This document shows, in pieces, positions 58,860 through 64,000 of a stretch of 64,000 nt of DNA. Position numbers and translations under genes: made by a program. Within the stretch, counting starts at the first letter, position 1, and every line of letters begins with the position of its first letter. The notes beneath the pieces are model-generated. The model searched no databases and was not told the origin of the DNA. It saw nothing but the letters and a program-made list of their open reading frames with translations. The stretch is from Squalus acanthias (lineage: Eukaryota), in the NCBI GenBank assembly GCA_030390025.1, contig CM059432.1, positions 71,612,001 through 71,676,000 on the forward strand, in the 5' to 3' direction.

Positions 58860-59680
58860 ATTTTGTCACCAGGCATCTGCGAGATCCCATTCTCTCCATC
58901 TCCAATTGACAGGGATGCAGATGTGCCACTTATCTCCATGGTATCCTCCTCTGCATCTGTGAGCTGCACAATTTGTTGGTGGGTCACCTCCAGTCGTCTC
59001 ACTCTCCCTTGTGTTTTACGCTCCCTTCTCCCGCAAGGGCTGAAAGAACAGACCTGTGAGTGAGTGAAGGTCACCTATTCATCCGATGGATGCAGTGCAT
59101 TCTGTGAGGGTGACTATGAAACAGATGCATCAAATTGGATAAGGAATTATTTGATCATGTAGAGTCTGGGCAGAAAGAGGCTGTCTACATTGCAGCCTCC
59201 CTTCCTCTTCCTGTTCCTCCTCCTGCTGAGAGCCTTTCGCCCTCTCCTCTTTCTCCCTCTTCTAGAAGCATGTCCTGCTTTGCGCGCCCTCTCTTCAATC
59301 TCCCAGTCATGCTCAATACCGAGAGGAAGGCCTATTGGCCACCCATGTCTGGGAGCAACTGATTTCAACACAAGCCTTTAAGTCACCAAAAAAGAACTTC
59401 AGCATCAGCCAGACGACTCCCTGTAGACTATTGAAACTTTAAACAAGTATGGAAAAGCTCCCAAAATGTGTAGAGTTGCACCAACAGCCACAAGAAATAA
59501 TCCAGTAACTAACCAGTAAGTAGTTCATGATCCCTTTTAATAGCGCTGGTGGGTGGTGCGTCATGCCGTTTAATGTCGTGTTCAGCTGTGCAAAGTTAAG
59601 AGAGGGTGCAGGCTGCAGCATGGAGCTCAAAAATGGCAGCGCTGGTGTCAAATCAACGTTGCACACGGATTGATGTCATG
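58860..59680 (-). mobile_element. Harbinger remnant (transposase 5' end and sub-terminal region), truncated by the CR1 insertion
   Basis: RRGRKALSRR as at ~41880; 59460-59680 is homologous to 41985-42187. Confidence 0.75.
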
Positions 59681-59691
59681 ATAGAGTCATA

Positions 59692-60520
59692 GGGGGAAAA
59701 ATTCAGTTGGTTGCGCCTCCCGTTAGCGCCTTAAGAGGGCGCAAAGCATCTAGCGCCCAGGCGCGGCGAAGTTTGCGCCGCTCGCGAAATTAACTAGACA
59801 TTTTGCGGCGCCGCTAAACACTACCGCCACGATCTCCTGCGCCAGCAGATCGTGACGTCAGTCGAGTGCGCAACGCCCCGGTATCGCCCCGGAGCGGATA
59901 TTGAGTGGCGCCCCCTGCCTTACCGCCTGACGCTAGCAACGACAGTTTGAGTGGAGCGTTCTGCAGTCATGAAGGGAAAGGGGGAACGCTATTTAAAGGT
60001 GACCGCTACCTGCCTTTTATTGTTGGTGCCATTTTTGAACTACGCATTCTGAGAGAGAGAGAGAGAGACTTCTGGAGAGTTTCAATGTTGTGTGAAGGAG
60101 TTTTGGGTACTGAGCAGCACTTTGCAGGTTCATTTTGATTTGCCATTCCTTGTATCGATTTAGAAGAGGCTGTGGGGGCTGCACTCTGAGCTCTTTGCCT
60201 GGTACTCTCCATTGTTCTTTCCAGCAGATTTGATGTGCAGGTCTCTCCAGGCCGAGATTCAAGGCTGCAATTAGCAGGATGTGGATGGAAAGTGAGATTA
60301 ACCATCCCCTTTAAGAACTGGCCCATGCCATTGTGTGTGTGTTCCATTGCTGCCTTTGCGCCTTAAGACAGGTGTGAAGCGCCTGATTTTGCGCTCCAAT
60401 CACCTCCAGGGGCGATAAAAGTCAAGTTTGCAGTCGGTGGCGATAATTAGTGCCAGGCGCTAATCTTTGCACCCGGCCGATAATTGCGCCCCAAATGGGG
60501 CGATACTGAATTTCTCCCCC
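59692..60520 (-). mobile_element. PIF/Harbinger-type MITE family A, copy 3 (829 bp, internal deletions)
   Basis: TIRs GGGGGAAAAATTCAGT / ACTGAATTTCTCCCCC; TSD ATA at 59689-59691 and 60521-60523. Confidence 0.92.
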
Positions 60521-61446
60521 ATAGAGTTATACAGCACAGAAAGAGGCCCTTCGGCCCATCGTGTCCGTGCTGGCCATCAAGCCCTGTCTATTCTAATCCC
60601 ATTTTCCAGCACTTGGTCCGTAGCCTTGTATGCTATGGCGTTTCAAGTGCTCATCTAAATGCTTCTTGAATGTTGTGAGGGTTCCTGCCTCTACCACCCT
60701 TTCAGGCAGTGAGTTCCAGATTCCAACCACCCTCTGGGTGAAAAAGTTTTTCCTCAAATCCCCTCTAAACCTCCTGCCCCTTACCTTGAAACTATGCCCC
60801 CTGGTTATTGACCCCTCCACCAAGGGGAAAAGTTCCCCTCTATCTACCCTATCTATGCCCCTCATAATTTTGTACACCTTAATCAGGTCCCCCCTCAGCC
60901 TTCTCTGCTCTAAGGAAAACAACCCCAGCCTGTCCAGTCTCTCTTCATAGCTGAAGCGCTCCAGCCCAGGTAACATCCTGGTGAATCTCCTCTGCACTCT
61001 CTCCAATGCAATCACATCCTTCCTATAGTGTGGCAACCAGAACTGCACACAGTTTTCCAGCTGTGGCCTAACTAGCATTTTGTACAGCTCCATCATAACT
61101 TCCCTGCTCTTATATTCTATGTCTCAGCTAATGAAGGCAAGTATCCCAAATGCCTTTTTAACCACCTTATCTACCTGTCCTGCTGCCTTCAGGGATCTAT
61201 GTACATGCACACCAAGGTCCCTCTGATCCTCTGTCTTTCCTAGGGTCCTACCATTCATTGTGTATTCCCTTGCCTTGTTAGTCCTCCCAAAATGCATCAC
61301 CTCACACTTTTCAGGGTTAAATTCCATTTGCCACTGTTCTGCCCATCTAACCAACCCGTCTATATCGTCATGTAGCCTGAGGTTTCCCTCCTCGCTATTT
61401 ACCACTCCACCAATTTTCGTGTCATCTGCAAACTTACTGATCATAC
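60521..61446 (-). mobile_element. CR1 3' part, same subfamily as 1255-2686
   Basis: C-terminal ~75 aa identical to ORF 1233-2606; tail continues beyond the MITE at 59681-59691. Confidence 0.95.
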
Positions 61447-64000
61447 ATAGAAACATAGAAAATAGGTACAGGAGTAGACCATTCGGTCCTTCGAGCCTGC
61501 ACCGCCATTCAATGCGTTCATGGCTGAACATGCTACCTCAGTACTCCATTCCTGCTTTCTCGCCATACCCCTTGATCCCCCTAGTTGTGAGTGTTATATC
61601 TAACTCCCTTTTGAATATATTTAGCGAACTGGCCTCAACAACCTTCTGTGGAAGAGAATTCCATAGATTCACCACTCTCTGGGTGAAGAAGTTCCTCCTC
61701 AGCTCAGTCTTAAATGGCTTCCCCTTAATCCTTAAACTGTGACCCCTGGTTCTAGTTTTCCCTAACATTGGGAACATTCTGCCCGCATCTAATTTGTCTA
61801 AACCAGTCAGGATTTTAAATGTCTCTATAAGATCCCCCCTCATTCTTCTGAACTCCAGAGGATACAAGTTCAGTTGACCCAATCTTTCTTGATATGTCAG
61901 TCCGGCCATCCCAGGAATCAATCTAGTGAACCTTCGCTGCACTCCCTCAATAGCAAGAATGTCCTTCCTTAAGTTAGGAGACCAAAACTGCGCACAATAC
62001 TCCAGGTGTGGCCTCACCAAGGCCCTGTACAACTGCAGCATCACCTCCCTACTCCTGTACTCAAATCCCCTTACTATGAAGGCCATCATTCCGTTTGCTT
62101 TCTTGACTGCCTGCTGCACTTGCATTCCCACCTTCAGTGACTGATGTACCATGACGCCCAGGTCTCGTTGCACCTCCCCTTTCCCTAATCTGCCACCATT
62201 CAGGTAATAGTCCGCCTCTCTATTTTTACCACCAAAGTGGATAACCTCACATTTATCCACATTGTACTTCATCTGCCATACATTTGCCCATTCACCCAAC
62301 CTGTCCAAGTCACTCTGTAGCCTCCTAGCATCCTCCTCATTGTTCACACTGCCTCCCAATTTAGTGTCATCCGCAAATTTGGAGATATTACATTTAATCC
62401 CTTCGTCCAAATCATTAATATATAATGTAAACAGCTGGGGTCCCAGCACCGAACCCTGCGGTACCCCGCTGGTCACTGCCTGCCATTCTGAAAAGTACCC
62501 ATTTACTCCTACTCTTTGTTTCCTGTGTGCCAACCAGTTCTCAATCCACGTCAACACATTACCCCCAATCCCATGTGCTTTAACTTTGCTCACCAATCTC
62601 TTGTGTGGGACCTTGTCGAAGGCCTTCTGAAAGTCCAAATACACCACATCTACTGGTTCCCCCCTGTCCACCCTATTGGAAACATCCTCAAAAAATTCCA
62701 GAAGATTTGTCAAGCATGATTTCCCTTTCACAAATCCATGCTGACTTGGACCTATCATGTCGCCACTTTCCAAATGGTCTGTTATGACATCTTTAATAAT
62801 TGCTTCCATCATTTTACCCACGACCGATGTCAGGCTGACCGGTCTATAATTCCCTGCTTTCTCCCTCCCTCCTTTTTTAAAAAGAGGGGTTACATTGGCC
62901 ACCCTCCACTCCATCGGAACTGATCCAGAGTCTAAGGAATGTTGGAAAATGATCGTCAATGCATCCACTATTTCCAAGGCCACCTCCTTAAGTACTCTGG
63001 GATGCAGACCATCAGGCCCCGGGGATTTTTCAGCCTTCAGTCCCATCAATTTCCCCAATACCTTTTCCCGACTAATAAGGATTTCCCTCAGCTCCTCCCT
63101 CTTACCAGATCCTCTGACCCCTTTTATTTCCGGCAGGTTGTGTGTGTCCTCCACAGTAAACACCGAACCAAAGTACTTGTTCAATTGATCTGCCATTTCC
63201 TTGTTCCCCATTACGACTTGCCCTGTTTCCGACTGCAGGGGACCTACGTTTGTTTTTACTAACCTCTTTCTTTTTACATATTTATAGAAGCTTTTGCAGT
63301 CCATTTTAATGTTCTCTGCAAGCTTCCTTTCATATTTTATTTTCCCTGCCCTAATCAAACCCTTCGTCCTCCTTTGCTGAGTTTTGAAGTTCTCCCAGTC
63401 CCCGGGTTTGCTGCTACTTCTGGCCAATTTGTATGCAACTTCCTTGGTTTTAATACTATCCCTGATTTCCCTTGTTAGCCATGGTTGAGCCACCTTCCCT
63501 TTTTTATTTTTACGCCAGACCGGGATGTACAATTGTTGTAGTTCATCCATGCGATCTCTAAATGTCTGCCATTGCCCTTCCACTGATAGCCCCTTAAATA
63601 TCGCTTGCCAATTTAACCTCGCCAATTCACGCCTCATACCCTCAAAGTTGCCCTTATTTAAGTTCTGGACCATGGTCTCTGACTTAACTGTTTCCTTCTC
63701 CATCCTAATGTAGAACTCCACCATACTATGGTCACTCTTCCCCAGGGGGCCTCGTACCACAAGATTGCTGATTAGTCCTTCCTCATTACACAACACCCAG
63801 TCCAGGATGGCCTCCCCTCGAGTTGGTTCCTCAACATATTGGTTTAGGAAACCATCCCTTAAACACTCCAGGAAATCCTCCTCCACCGTATTGCTTCCAG
63901 TTTGAGTAGCCCAATCTATATGCATATTAAAGTCACCCATGATAACTGCCGTGCCTTTTTTGCACGCACCTCTGATTTCCTGTTTCATACCCTCCCCCAC
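61446..64000 (-). mobile_element. Young CR1 LINE inserted into the preceding CR1; extends beyond the window
   Basis: (TTTCTATG)n tail at ~61446-61461, 3' UTR, unbroken ORF2. Confidence 0.95.
61538..64000 (-). CDS. CR1 ORF2 endonuclease/reverse transcriptase (>=820 aa, N-terminus outside the window)
   Basis: [43 protein letters not shown] with no stops. Confidence 0.93.
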   Translation of the reverse strand: MGEGMKQEIRGACKKGTAVIMGDFNMHIDWATQTGSNTVEEDFLECLRDGFLNQYVEEPTRGEAILDWVLCNEEGLISNLVVRGPLGKSDHSMVEFYIRMEKETVKSETMVQNLNKGNFEGMRRELARLNWQAIFKGLSVEGQWQTFRDRMDELQQLYIPVWRKNKKGKVAQPWLTREIRDSIKTKEVAYKLARSSSKPGDWENFKTQQRRTKGLIRAGKIKYERKLAENIKMDCKSFYKYVKRKRLVKTNVGPLQSETGQVVMGNKEMADQLNKYFGSVFTVEDTHNLPEIKGVRGSGKREELREILISREKVLGKLMGLKAEKSPGPDGLHPRVLKEVALEIVDALTIIFQHSLDSGSVPMEWRVANVTPLFKKGGREKAGNYRPVSLTSVVGKMMEAIIKDVITDHLESGDMIGPSQHGFVKGKSCLTNLLEFFEDVSNRVDRGEPVDVVYLDFQKAFDKVPHKRLVSKVKAHGIGGNVLTWIENWLAHRKQRVGVNGYFSEWQAVTSGVPQGSVLGPQLFTLYINDLDEGIKCNISKFADDTKLGGSVNNEEDARRLQSDLDRLGEWANVWQMKYNVDKCEVIHFGGKNREADYYLNGGRLGKGEVQRDLGVMVHQSLKVGMQVQQAVKKANGMMAFIVRGFEYRSREVMLQLYRALVRPHLEYCAQFWSPNLRKDILAIEGVQRRFTRLIPGMAGLTYQERLGQLNLYPLEFRRMRGDLIETFKILTGLDKLDAGRMFPMLGKTRTRGHSLRIKGKPFKTELRRNFFTQRVVNLWNSLPQKVVEASSLNIFKRELDITLTTRGIKGYGEKAGMEY

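Overview
Eukaryotic, repeat-saturated intronic or intergenic DNA, most likely from a cartilaginous fish (shark/ray). This is inferred from the repeat repertoire: CR1 LINEs with (ACTCTATG)n/(TTTCTATG)n tails, L2 LINEs, Deu-domain-like SINEs and Penelope remnants. No host protein-coding gene could be recognised; every long ORF is transposon-derived. The window holds many CR1 copies of different ages, a second LINE family with a SINE-like leader, L2 fragments, and a complete GC-rich Gypsy provirus of CsRn1 type (265-bp LTRs, TTAC TSD). It also has an unusually dense PIF/Harbinger set (one full-length two-gene element, several remnants, about 8-10 MITEs), a hAT MITE, Penelope-like remnants including a minimal hammerhead-like motif, and three tandem repeats. 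Best lead: the same ~0.9-kb Harbinger MITE sits twice inside the 3' terminal microsatellite of near-identical CR1 copies, in the same orientation. This points either to sequence-targeted insertion into LINE tails or to a CR1-MITE composite that retrotransposes as a unit. All comparisons were made by eye, and boundaries without TIR/TSD support are approximate.
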